In this document: piece by piece, positions 1 through 9,057 of the stretch
Layout: every line of letters begins with the position of its first letter
Numbering within the stretch: position 1 is the first letter of the stretch
Assembly (NCBI GenBank): GCA_958296135.2
Contig: CATQHZ020000001.1
Coordinates: 2,304,001-2,368,000 of the forward strand
Source of the DNA: an uncultured Poribacteria bacterium
Lineage (GTDB): Bacteria > Poribacteria > WGA-4E > WGA-3G
Length of the DNA: 64,000 nucleotides
Reading direction: 5' to 3'
Notes under the pieces: generated by a model
The model's input: the letters and a program-made list of their open reading frames with translations, nothing else
Databases searched by the model: none
Told to the model about the DNA's origin: nothing
Program-made: the position numbers and the translations under genes

Positions 1-1021
1 CCTTAATGCTTTTGATGTGCCACTTGACGTTTTCGCCATCGTAAATCTCAGGTTTCTCGTTGAGGATAGCGTTCATCCGCCCCATAGATGCCGCGCCGCG
101 CTCAAAGGTATTCACGATGAAGCCGAGGGTAATCATCGGGCGCACGAGCATGAGGAGATAGGCGTTGAACGCCACAAAATCGCCGAGCGTGATTTTTTCT
201 TCGATGACGTGGAGTCCACCCATCCAGAGCAGCACCACGCTGCTGATGCCCGGCAGAAACCGAAAAAGCGGAAAGAAGAAAGACATCAGCCGAATCTGCC
301 TGTGGTTACGTCCGACAAATTCTTCGTTCAGCTCCCGAAAATGCGCAACCTCGCTCTGCTCAAGCGTATACGCCTTGACGACACGCACGCCGGAGAGGTT
401 CTCCTGCACCTTCGTGTTTAGCACTGAAAACGCCTCTTGAATGCCTTCATAGTGGACGTGCAGCCGCTTTCCGAGCTGGCGAATGAAAACCGCCAAGATG
501 GGATAGGGCAGCAGCGCGACGAGCGTCAGACTAGCATCAATCCGCAACATGATAACCACCGCGAATCCAAAGAACACCGTTGCATCGGCGGTATACATCA
601 CGGCACTGCTGAGCACCATGCGGATGGCGTTCAAATCGCTGGTGGCGCGCGTCATCAAATCCCCGGTGCGCACGTTATCGTAATAAGCAGCGGAGAGTTT
701 TTGCAGGTGGAGAAAGAAATCCGCCCGGAGGTGATATTCCATCTGCCGCGCGACGTTATGAATGGTGCGCCGCTGCAGGAACCGCAGGACACCCGCAAAC
801 AGCGCAACACCGAAAATGAGCAGCGCAAAAAAGACGAGCTGCCCAGACGAAATCGTCCGGTTTGCATCGCGTAATACCCATTCCAGTTCATCAAAAACCA
901 TCTGGAGGATTTTCGGGCTGACCAGGAGGAGCGCGTTCGTCAACAGCACCAAAATAAAACTCGCTAAAACGGCATATCTATATCGAATGACGTATTTTTT
1001 TAAACCGAGTAAACTGCGAAT
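1..1021 (-). CDS. ABC exporter (MdlA/MsbA-like), N-terminal transmembrane domain; runs off window start
   Basis: Manual minus-strand translation: IRSLLGLKKYVIRYRY...LQKLSAAYYDNVRTGDLMTRATSDLNAIRM...ERGAASMGRMNAILNEKPEI. Not in the ORF track because it has no stop in the window. Start uncertain (ATT at 1021 with SD, or TTG at 1069). Confidence 0.85.
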   Translation of the reverse strand, partial: MRSLLGLKKYVIRYRYAVLASFILVLLTNALLLVSPKILQMVFDELEWVLRDANRTISSGQLVFFALLIFGVALFAGVLRFLQRRTIHNVARQMEYHLRADFFLHLQKLSAAYYDNVRTGDLMTRATSDLNAIRMVLSSAVMYTADATVFFGFAVVIMLRIDASLTLVALLPYPILAVFIRQLGKRLHVHYEGIQEAFSVLNTKVQENLSGVRVVKAYTLEQSEVAHFRELNEEFVGRNHRQIRLMSFFFPLFRFLPGISSVVLLWMGGLHVIEEKITLGDFVAFNAYLLMLVRPMITLGFIVNTFERGAASMGRMNAILNEKPEIYDGENVKWHIKSIK

Positions 1022-1144
1022 TGTGGGGTTCCTTTCCGGCAGATTGCACCGGGCCGCAAATGTTGTCAAAACGAATTGTGTTTTTTGACGTGAATTCGCG
1101 AAAAGGGTTTAATCAAATTGTGGGGGACGCGTCTATTTTTTCTC

Positions 1145-1173
1145 TTGACACTATTTCGGTTTCAATGTATCAT
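1145..1173 (+). promoter_or_regulatory. sigma70-like promoter of gnd operon
   Basis: TTGACA-17 nt-TATCAT. Confidence 0.6.
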
Positions 1174-1314
1174 ATTTTGCAATGGAGATAGAGCAAGTGA
1201 ATTGAGGATGGAAACATGGCAGGGGCCAGGCCCCCACCCTACGATGGCGGAAAGCCCTGCTGAGGGAATACCCGCTACTTGCATCCCAGATAAAATCTAA
1301 GGAGGAACACAAAT

Positions 1315-2823
1315 TTGGCAGCAGATATTGGACTTATTGGATTGGCGGTGATGGGCGAGAACCTTGCGCTGAACATCGAGAGCCGCGGGTTTGAAGTCGC
1401 CGTCTTCAACCGCACCGTGTCGCGCGTGGACGCTTTCATAGCCGGCACTGCGAAGGGGAAAAAAATCATCGGCGCACACGCCATTCCAGAACTCATTGAG
1501 AAATTGGAGACACCCCGGAAAATCATCTTAATGGTAAAAGCGGGGGAGCCGGTCGATGCATTTATCGCGCAATTGGTGCCGTATCTCGCCAAAGGCGATC
1601 TGATTATCGATGGCGGCAACTCTAATTTCATGGATACTATCCGGCGGCACACGGAACTGGCGGAACGCGAGCTGCTCTTCATCGGCACCGGTATCTCCGG
1701 CGGCGAGGAAGGCGCGCTCAAGGGACCGGCGATGATGCCCGGGGGTTCACCGGAGGCTTACGCGCTCGTTGAACCTATCTTCACCCAAATCGCCGCGCAG
1801 GTGGATGGCGTGCCGTGCTGCTCCTACATCGGGCCGAACGGCGCGGGACACTACGTCAAGATGGTGCATAACGGCATCGAATACGGCGACATGCAACTCA
1901 TCTGCGAGGCTTACGCGCTCATGAAAAACACCCTCGGCATGGACGCGGCGCAAATGCACGAAGTGTTCAGCGAATGGAACCGCGGCGAACTGAACTCCTA
2001 CTTAATCGAAATCACAGCCGATATCTTCACGCAGGCCGATGCCAGCGGCACCGCCTTCGTTAATGTCGTCCTCGATCAGGCGGGACAGAAAGGCACCGGC
2101 AAATGGACAAGCATCTCCGCACTTGACCTGGGTATTTCCGCGCCTACCATCGCGGAAGCGGTGTTCGCGCGATGCATCTCCGCTATCAAAAGTGAACGGG
2201 TGGAGGCGGCGCGGCTGCTTAGGGGCCCTGGGGACGCGACGGCCGCGAGGGACAGGGCTTCGCACTACGGGGGTTATTTGGGATACGAAGGCAACCGCGA
2301 GGAATTTCTCAACGCTATCCACGACGCGCTTTACGCCGCAAAAATCTGCTCCTACGCGCAAGGGTTCGCCTTAATGCGGGAAGCGAGCAAGGAATTCGAC
2401 TGGAATCTTGACATGGGGAGCATCAGCTTAGGCTGGCGCGGCGGCTGCATTATCCGCGCAAAATTCCTGCACCGCATCGCCGAGGCGTTTGAGCGAAACC
2501 GGGCCCTGCCGAACCTCTTGCTTGACGACTACTTCCGCGAGGTGATTGAAAGAGCGCAACCGCACTGGCGGCACGTCGTCGCGACAGCGACGCAGCTCGG
2601 CGTGCCGATTCCGGCGTTCAGCTCCGCGCTCGCCTACTTTGATAGCTACCGCAGCGGCAGGCTTTCAGCGAATCTCATCCAAGCGATGCGCGATTACTTC
2701 GGCGCGCACACTTATCATAAACTCGATGCAGATGGAAACGCCGTCCTCGGCGAAGATGGCGAACCAACGGTGTTCCACACCGAATGGATGCTAGACGGCC
2801 GCCCGGAAGTCATCGTTGATTAA
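1315..2823 (+). CDS. gnd: 6-phosphogluconate dehydrogenase, decarboxylating
   Basis: IGLIGLAVMGENLALN, GHYVKMVHNGIEYGDMQ, QKGTGKWT, ANLIQAMRDYFGAHTY; AAGGAGG SD, TTG start. Confidence 0.97.
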   Translation: MAADIGLIGLAVMGENLALNIESRGFEVAVFNRTVSRVDAFIAGTAKGKKIIGAHAIPELIEKLETPRKIILMVKAGEPVDAFIAQLVPYLAKGDLIIDGGNSNFMDTIRRHTELAERELLFIGTGISGGEEGALKGPAMMPGGSPEAYALVEPIFTQIAAQVDGVPCCSYIGPNGAGHYVKMVHNGIEYGDMQLICEAYALMKNTLGMDAAQMHEVFSEWNRGELNSYLIEITADIFTQADASGTAFVNVVLDQAGQKGTGKWTSISALDLGISAPTIAEAVFARCISAIKSERVEAARLLRGPGDATAARDRASHYGGYLGYEGNREEFLNAIHDALYAAKICSYAQGFALMREASKEFDWNLDMGSISLGWRGGCIIRAKFLHRIAEAFERNRALPNLLLDDYFREVIERAQPHWRHVVATATQLGVPIPAFSSALAYFDSYRSGRLSANLIQAMRDYFGAHTYHKLDADGNAVLGEDGEPTVFHTEWMLDGRPEVIVD

Positions 2824-2847
2824 CACTGCTGATTGATAGGAGAACGT

Positions 2848-3744
2848 ATGCCACACGAACCGCAACAAGCACTACACGAGTTTCAACCGCAACACGAGTT
2901 TTTCGTCGGAATTGACTCGGACGGTTGCGTTTTCAATAGCATGGAGGTGAAACACAACGACTGCTTCAGCGTCAACCTCGTCAAACACTTCGGGCTTGCC
3001 GCGATTTCTAGGCAGGTGCATCAGGTGTGGGACTTCGTCAACCTCTACTCCACAACGCGCGGCACGAATCGGTTCAAAGCCATTCTCCTCTCGTGCGATT
3101 TCCTCCGCGAAATGCCGCTCGTGCAAAAGATGCAGGTGAACGTGCCAAAACTCCCCCACTTGCGCAACTGGGTTGCAACCGAAACAAAACTCGGCAATCC
3201 TGCCCTCCAAGAGGCGATTGACAACGCCACCGGCGAAAAACGCGAAGAACTCAGACAGGTAATGGCATGGAGCCTCGGCGTGAACGAAAGCGTCGCCGAG
3301 ATTGTCTACAACCTCCCACCGTTTCCCGGGGTTCGCCAGACGTTGCAGCGGCTCCAGGGAAAGGCGGATGTCATCGTCGTCTCCGCTACGCCAGATGAGG
3401 CACTCAAACGCGAATGGGCCGAACACCAGATCGACCGGCACGTCGCACTCATTGCCGGCCAAGAGATGGGCACCAAAACCGAACATCTTACCATAACGAC
3501 GAAGGACCGGTACCCGGAAAACCACGTCTTGATGCTCGGCGATTCGCCCGGCGATTTGAAAGCCGCCCGCGACGTAGGCGCGCTTTTCTTCCCAGTTAAC
3601 CCCGGAGCCGAAGACGTGTCCTGGGCACGCTTCCTTGACCAAGCGATGGCGCGATTCTTTAACGGACAATACGCGGGAGACTATGAAGCTGAATTGCTAG
3701 ACACCTTTCAGGCATTGCTCCCAGAAAATCCACCATGGCTCTAA
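2848..3744 (+). CDS. HAD-superfamily hydrolase
   Basis: Motif I GIDSDGCV, motif II VVSAT, motif IV MLGDSPGD; AGGAG SD before ATG 2848. Confidence 0.85.
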   Translation: MPHEPQQALHEFQPQHEFFVGIDSDGCVFNSMEVKHNDCFSVNLVKHFGLAAISRQVHQVWDFVNLYSTTRGTNRFKAILLSCDFLREMPLVQKMQVNVPKLPHLRNWVATETKLGNPALQEAIDNATGEKREELRQVMAWSLGVNESVAEIVYNLPPFPGVRQTLQRLQGKADVIVVSATPDEALKREWAEHQIDRHVALIAGQEMGTKTEHLTITTKDRYPENHVLMLGDSPGDLKAARDVGALFFPVNPGAEDVSWARFLDQAMARFFNGQYAGDYEAELLDTFQALLPENPPWL

Positions 3745-3755
3745 CACGAAAAACC

Positions 3756-4055
3756 GATAGGAGAGACATCCCGCGGCGCGACAGGCTGTATCGGGACAAG
3801 GATGTCCCTCCTACAGGGAGGAGAAACCTCCCGCGTCGCGATATCCTCCGCAGGTAGGAGAGACATCCCGGTCTCGACATCTTACATCGGGACAAGCACC
3901 GATAGGAGAGACATCCCGCGGCGCGACAGGCTGTATCGGGACAAGGATGTCCCTCCTACAGGTAGGAGAAACCTCCCGCATCGCGACAGGCTGTATCGGG
4001 ACAAGGATGTCCCTCCTACAGGTAGGAGAGACATCCCGCGTCGCGATATCCTACT
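3756..4055. repeat. Cluster of GTAG-type REP-like palindromes (GTAGGAGAGACATCCCG.../...GGATGTCCCTCCTAC), ~60-bp units
   Basis: Three near-identical copies of cgcgacaggctgtatcgggacaaggatgtccctcctaca plus several gtaggagagacatcccg. Confidence 0.85.
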
Positions 4056-4074
4056 GAAAACGAAAGGAACTTTC

Positions 4075-5022
4075 ATGAAAATTCTATCACAAAGCCGTTT
4101 AGACGGCGAACTCCTCCAACGCTTGGAGGCGATTATCGGCGACGAACACACCTTCGTCGTGCCGAGCTCACGCGAGGAACTCATTGAAATAGGCAAGGAA
4201 ACCGAGGTATTCTACGGGTTCTGTAGCGAGGAAATTTTCCCGCACCTGCCGAATGTCAAGTGGATCCAAGCCTCTAGTGCCGGGATGGACCGGCACATGT
4301 ACGCGGCACTCCGCGACAGCGATGTCATTTTGACGAACGCCGCCGGGCTCTACGGCCCACACGTCGCAGACCAGGCGTTCGCGCTCCTGCTCGGTTTGAC
4401 GCGCGGCATCCACGACGCTGTCCGCAACCAAGATAAGCACCAGTGGGGCGGCGGCAAGTCACCGATGATAGAGATTGATGGGTTCAAAATCGGCATTGTC
4501 GGGATGGGCGGCATCGGCATGCAGATGGCGAAACGCGCGAAAGGGTTTGACATGCACGTCATCGCTGTCGATGCCTACCGCACCGACAAACCCGATAACG
4601 TCGATGAACTGATGCCGATCGGTCAGCTCTCGAACCTCATGAGCCGCGTCGATGTCGTCATGATTGCGTGCCCGCTGACAGAAGAGACGCGTGGCTTAAT
4701 CAACGCCTCGAATCTAGCCGTGATGCAGCCGACAGCGTTCTTCATCAACGTCGCCCGCGGGCCGATTGTCAACGAACCAGATCTGATTGAGGTGCTGCAG
4801 GCGCGCAACATCGCCGGGGCCGGGTTAGATGTGACAGAAGTCGAGCCGCTGCCTGCGGAGAGTCCGTTATGGGATTTGGACAACGTCATCATCACGCCGC
4901 ATTCGGCGGGGGGTTCGCAGCACCGCCAGCATCGCGCGACTTCGTTCTTCTTGGATAACCTTGAGCGGTATCTGAAAGGTGAACCGTTGGAGAACGTTGT
5001 GAACAAACAGTTGGGGTTCTAA
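4075..5022 (+). CDS. D-isomer-specific 2-hydroxyacid dehydrogenase
   Basis: GIVGMGGIG, FINVARG, GAGLDV, ITPHSAG; AAAGGA SD before ATG 4075. Confidence 0.92.
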   Translation: MKILSQSRLDGELLQRLEAIIGDEHTFVVPSSREELIEIGKETEVFYGFCSEEIFPHLPNVKWIQASSAGMDRHMYAALRDSDVILTNAAGLYGPHVADQAFALLLGLTRGIHDAVRNQDKHQWGGGKSPMIEIDGFKIGIVGMGGIGMQMAKRAKGFDMHVIAVDAYRTDKPDNVDELMPIGQLSNLMSRVDVVMIACPLTEETRGLINASNLAVMQPTAFFINVARGPIVNEPDLIEVLQARNIAGAGLDVTEVEPLPAESPLWDLDNVIITPHSAGGSQHRQHRATSFFLDNLERYLKGEPLENVVNKQLGF

Positions 5023-5045
5023 GGGCTCTCATCCCAAATTAACCA

Positions 5046-5074
5046 TGTAGGGCAGGATCTGGCGATCCTGCCCT
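5046..5074. terminator. GTAG-type hairpin between convergent genes (REP or terminator)
   Basis: TAGGGCAGGATC-tggc-GATCCTGCCCTA perfect 12-bp stem. Confidence 0.5.
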
Positions 5075-5142
5075 ATTTGTGCTCCTGTTTGCGACGCGGC
5101 GAACGCAAACTACAGCAGCAGATGTCTCTATCCGCCTCAAAA

Positions 5143-8100
5143 TCACTTCAATCCTGTCCCTTTCTTGATTTCACCGAACGTGGTGAACTGCCGATTGGCA
5201 GGGGTAACATACCCCTTCATCCGGCGCGTCGCCAATGCCTGCCGCGTGCCATCAAAGGAGACATCCTCGATCTGATAGAAATAGAGGACACCCGGCACCG
5301 CGGTCTTATCGGTGAAGGTGTAGGTGCTGCGCTCGCCGGTGGTGCCGGCTCCAGCAATCAACGTAGCGTTGATGACTTTGAAACCTTCGGCGCGCGTCTC
5401 GCTGCGGAGAATGCGGAACCCTGCATTATTCAATTCTGATGCGGTTGCCCAGGTGAGCACCACGCCTGCCTGCGTATATGCGGAAACGTGGAAGGTTGTC
5501 AATTCCACCGGCAAGGGGCCACCAGCGCGGAAGCCTGGGGTGCCCAAGTCATCTTCATGCCCGTAAAAGAGGAACAGCGGGGCGTGGCGAAACAGCGTGT
5601 CGTCGGCGAGTATCCACCCATCCGGCTCCCTGCCATCGCGCGCAATGCCAGTGCCCTGAAGGTAGCGTCGGATGAGAGAGGTGCGTTCGCCATCTTCGGT
5701 ATACCCCGAAGGGAGCGGCCAGACAGGTTTATCTTGGGTGCGTCTGTTGCCATCAAGGTTCCCCACGAAATCTATCACGGCGCGCTGGCTGTCCCTGAGG
5801 CGTAACGAGAAGCCGACTTGACTGATAACGGTAGTGCGCGCGGTTGCCATATCCAGAGCTCTTCGAGCGGGGGCATTAGCCCAGAGGTTATAGAGCCGTT
5901 CGGCAGGGAAAAGCTTCCTATCGGAGGTGCTCCCGTTGCGCGAGACGATGAGGAGCGTCTGGTTCGGCAGCAAGAGCTTCTCCGGGAAGATTAAAGTGGC
6001 GTTCAAGGCACCGCCGAGGTCTGGGGCGTGGAAGTTCTCGAGCTCCAACTGCCAGTCTTTCAAGTTCACCGCCTGCGTTTTGGAACTGTTATAGAGTTCT
6101 ATCCACTGCGGCAAACGGCCATCGTCGGAGGCAAACATGATTTCGCTGATAGTCACGTAGACATCGTTTGCAAAATCGGCGCGCTTGCCCTTGATGGCAT
6201 CGTTGGGGTAGCCGGGCGTGCCACCGTTGGCAGCACTGTCATCGGCACCTCTGTCGTAACCCAGCCCCGTGTATGCAGCTTGAACCCAAGCATCATTGTG
6301 GTATCCGACTCTATTCGGATTATCGCGCCGCCAGACAAGCCCACTGCTCCCGGCATCTAAATCCTCCTCTCTGTCGCCCGCCTTGGGCGCGAGAGTGGAG
6401 TGCAGGGGCCAGACTTTCGTGCGGTAGGTGCCGCTGTCCAGGTCATGGAGGTAACTACCGGCAAGATCCACGATAGCCTCGTGCGTGCCGCGTTTATCGT
6501 TCGCGCTGCGCAGCAGCAGCAAATACTGCCCGGTATCCGGCAGTGCCAGCGTATCGCCCGCGATATGAAAGCGGTGTGAATAACCGGCAGCCAGAAATTT
6601 CGAGTCGTTCCTGCTGACACCGATTTTCGCGCCATAGGCGAGGACGGTATCCTCCGGTGACGTGCTGACAACAAGCAAGACACCCTGAGCCGGTATCGTC
6701 CAGGCATTGTCATTCGGCATCACAAACAGACGAGTATCCTCAGGTGTCTTCGTCGCATCCGCACCGGGTATCAGGATGCTGAGCTCCCAGTTTTTGAGGT
6801 TTACGGCACGATTGGTGACGTTGCGCAATTCTATCCAGTCACCCTCACTTCCCTCCGCGTTACCGATTTCATTGATGATGACCGGGGCTCTCGGCACGGG
6901 GGTAGTCTCCCAAACCGGCTGTTCCGATGGCTCTGCCCCCGGCGTGCCGACTCTCGGGTCGGCGATGTTTTTTGACGGCGGTGCCGCCGCACGCCAATTC
7001 GCACCGTTAGTGCCATCCTTGGCGGCTGTGAACTTATCGTCATCGGTTGCCGACGCAGCTAGGCCATAGTCGATCTCGCGATACATGGCGATGATCAATT
7101 TCACATCCTGATTGTTAAGCGAGCCGCGTTCACTGCGGCCGTTCTGTCCCGGCACATTCCCAACGAAACTATTCCATCCAAAACCCGAGTTGCTCACCTG
7201 ATCGATGACATCGTAGGACATGCCATCAAGCGTTCTCTCGCTTTGCACGTCATAATCGCCTCTGATAAAATGTAGTTTCCAGCCACTCAGGGAAACAGAA
7301 TTTCCCGCGCCCGAAAACCCCATGTTGTAAAGTTCTATCCACTGGCTGGCTGTCTCCGGTACGGCGGCGGCATCCAGGCCCCACATGATTTCACTGATAA
7401 CCACGGCGCGTTTTTTCATCCCCGCCGTTTTTGGCGCGAGAAGCTCAAGCGTGCCGCTGTTGCGGAAAAATACCTCCAAGTTCTCCCATTCGCTATCGGT
7501 TCCCCAACTTTTTGTGGCAGGCATTTCCAAGCCGCCCACGGCGAGAGAGAAAGGATGCACAACGAGGAAGTTGTCCTTTTGAATTGCCCCGCCTAAATCG
7601 ATGCTGCCATCAAAGGGGACCGGGGGAACGGTGCCATCGATTTCAGGATAGTAGATACGCTGAGTGTAGGGCGGCAGCAAAACGCCTTGTCCGTGCCGCG
7701 TAAAATCGGTGAGATCCGTCTCAGCCGCACCGCCAAATCGCATCCAGTCCCATTCAAAGGGTGTCTCGTCCATCCAACCGCCATCCAGATCTATGTCTCC
7801 TTCTTGCACGGTGTATTTGTAGAGCAGGGTAGGATAGCCGCCATCAACGGTTTCGGTGTAATCATGCACATCTGTCGAGTCCAGTCCGAGATAACCGCGT
7901 CCCCGGTCTGGCGCATCGTCATTGGGCCCGCCCTGGTCAAACGCTGCACGGATAGCGGCATTCGCCGAATGGAGCGGGATGCTAAACGCTATCTCAATCC
8001 AGATATCTTCGTCAACGCCCACGGTGATATCCTCGTTGATTATCTCGGTGCCGGTCCCATCCGCTCGTTGTCCGTTATCATCAACTTCAACATCGCCGGT

Positions 8101-8826
8101 GTAGATTTTAATATCGGTAATCTCAGTGCCGATTTTGGGGTAGATGACGAGCTTGGTAAAGGGGGCGAGTTGTTGGCCACCGTCGAAGTCAACGAGCACG
8201 TCAATTTCCTCACCGGCATCTTCACCGTCCTCAGTGTAGAGTTTTCCTCCCCGAAAGGGTGTCTCGTCAAACCAGCCACCATCCAAATCCATGTCTTCTA
8301 ACTGAACCGTGTATTTGTAGAAGATGCTAGTATAGGTAGGATTCGGGGCATCTCCTTCTGGTTTAATATCGGGATAAGGCATCGCAGGTTTCAGATAGTC
8401 TCGCCCGCGCGCGGTATCAACGGGACCACCACGGTCCAGTCGCAGTTCCAGTGCAGCCGCCGCTGCGTCAATTTCGGGGGTATCATCCGCATTTTGAGGT
8501 GTTTCGGTAGCGGCCTCGATGCCGGGAGGCTCAAAGACTATCTCAATCCAGATGTCTTTGCCGACACCGATGTAGGTATCCTCGGTTACCTCGTCGACTG
8601 GAGACTCATCCTCGGTAGTATCGTCGACTTGAGTTAACTCATTTGTTTCGCTCAACATCGCGGTAGCCCCGTCTTTCGCGGTATAGATGTGAATGGCACT
8701 GATGGTGGTGCCTTCTTGTATTTCTTGGGCATTGACTGGCATTGGGAGTGTCAACACCGTAGCAAGGCTTGCAATACACAAGAATGCGAGACACTTGCGG
8801 ACACTATTTTCAAAGGTGTGGTTCAT
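5143..8826 (-). CDS. Secreted lamin-tail-domain (LTD) protein, 1227 aa
   Basis: Signal peptide; three LTD-like motifs (ISEIM...QWIELYN, INEIGN...DWIELRN, ISEIMF...QWIELYN), GTPG motifs, GGPLPVEL C-terminal domain. Confidence 0.8.
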   Translation of the reverse strand: MNHTFENSVRKCLAFLCIASLATVLTLPMPVNAQEIQEGTTISAIHIYTAKDGATAMLSETNELTQVDDTTEDESPVDEVTEDTYIGVGKDIWIEIVFEPPGIEAATETPQNADDTPEIDAAAAALELRLDRGGPVDTARGRDYLKPAMPYPDIKPEGDAPNPTYTSIFYKYTVQLEDMDLDGGWFDETPFRGGKLYTEDGEDAGEEIDVLVDFDGGQQLAPFTKLVIYPKIGTEITDIKIYTGDVEVDDNGQRADGTGTEIINEDITVGVDEDIWIEIAFSIPLHSANAAIRAAFDQGGPNDDAPDRGRGYLGLDSTDVHDYTETVDGGYPTLLYKYTVQEGDIDLDGGWMDETPFEWDWMRFGGAAETDLTDFTRHGQGVLLPPYTQRIYYPEIDGTVPPVPFDGSIDLGGAIQKDNFLVVHPFSLAVGGLEMPATKSWGTDSEWENLEVFFRNSGTLELLAPKTAGMKKRAVVISEIMWGLDAAAVPETASQWIELYNMGFSGAGNSVSLSGWKLHFIRGDYDVQSERTLDGMSYDVIDQVSNSGFGWNSFVGNVPGQNGRSERGSLNNQDVKLIIAMYREIDYGLAASATDDDKFTAAKDGTNGANWRAAAPPSKNIADPRVGTPGAEPSEQPVWETTPVPRAPVIINEIGNAEGSEGDWIELRNVTNRAVNLKNWELSILIPGADATKTPEDTRLFVMPNDNAWTIPAQGVLLVVSTSPEDTVLAYGAKIGVSRNDSKFLAAGYSHRFHIAGDTLALPDTGQYLLLLRSANDKRGTHEAIVDLAGSYLHDLDSGTYRTKVWPLHSTLAPKAGDREEDLDAGSSGLVWRRDNPNRVGYHNDAWVQAAYTGLGYDRGADDSAANGGTPGYPNDAIKGKRADFANDVYVTISEIMFASDDGRLPQWIELYNSSKTQAVNLKDWQLELENFHAPDLGGALNATLIFPEKLLLPNQTLLIVSRNGSTSDRKLFPAERLYNLWANAPARRALDMATARTTVISQVGFSLRLRDSQRAVIDFVGNLDGNRRTQDKPVWPLPSGYTEDGERTSLIRRYLQGTGIARDGREPDGWILADDTLFRHAPLFLFYGHEDDLGTPGFRAGGPLPVELTTFHVSAYTQAGVVLTWATASELNNAGFRILRSETRAEGFKVINATLIAGAGTTGERSTYTFTDKTAVPGVLYFYQIEDVSFDGTRQALATRRMKGYVTPANRQFTTFGEIKKGTGLK

Positions 8827-8900
8827 TCATTTCCTCCTTAAAAAAGGGCCTTCCACTTCAAGCCTTAGGAACGCGGCAGTTTGCCTCTTGTTTTCACATC

Positions 8901-9035
8901 ACGAGGGACAGTGGACATCTCTGCAGCGAGGCTGCAGAGATGACAAAGTTTCGGCGTGACGGCCCTCGCGCTACGGATTAAAGGCGGCCGTCTCTCGCGC
9001 TACAGATCGCGAGGGACAGGCCCTCGCGCTACGGG
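8901..9035. repeat. REP cluster including one REP with a 50-bp loop insert
   Basis: cgagggacag[50 bp]gccctcgcgctacgg followed by plain gcgagggacaggccctcgcgctacgg. Confidence 0.8.
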
Positions 9036-9057
9036 TTAAAGACAGATGCCCTCACGC

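Noticed and set aside
3802-4074. 91-aa N-terminal extension of the 2-hydroxyacid dehydrogenase
   Set aside because: It is translated REP repeat; good SD and domain start at ATG 4075.
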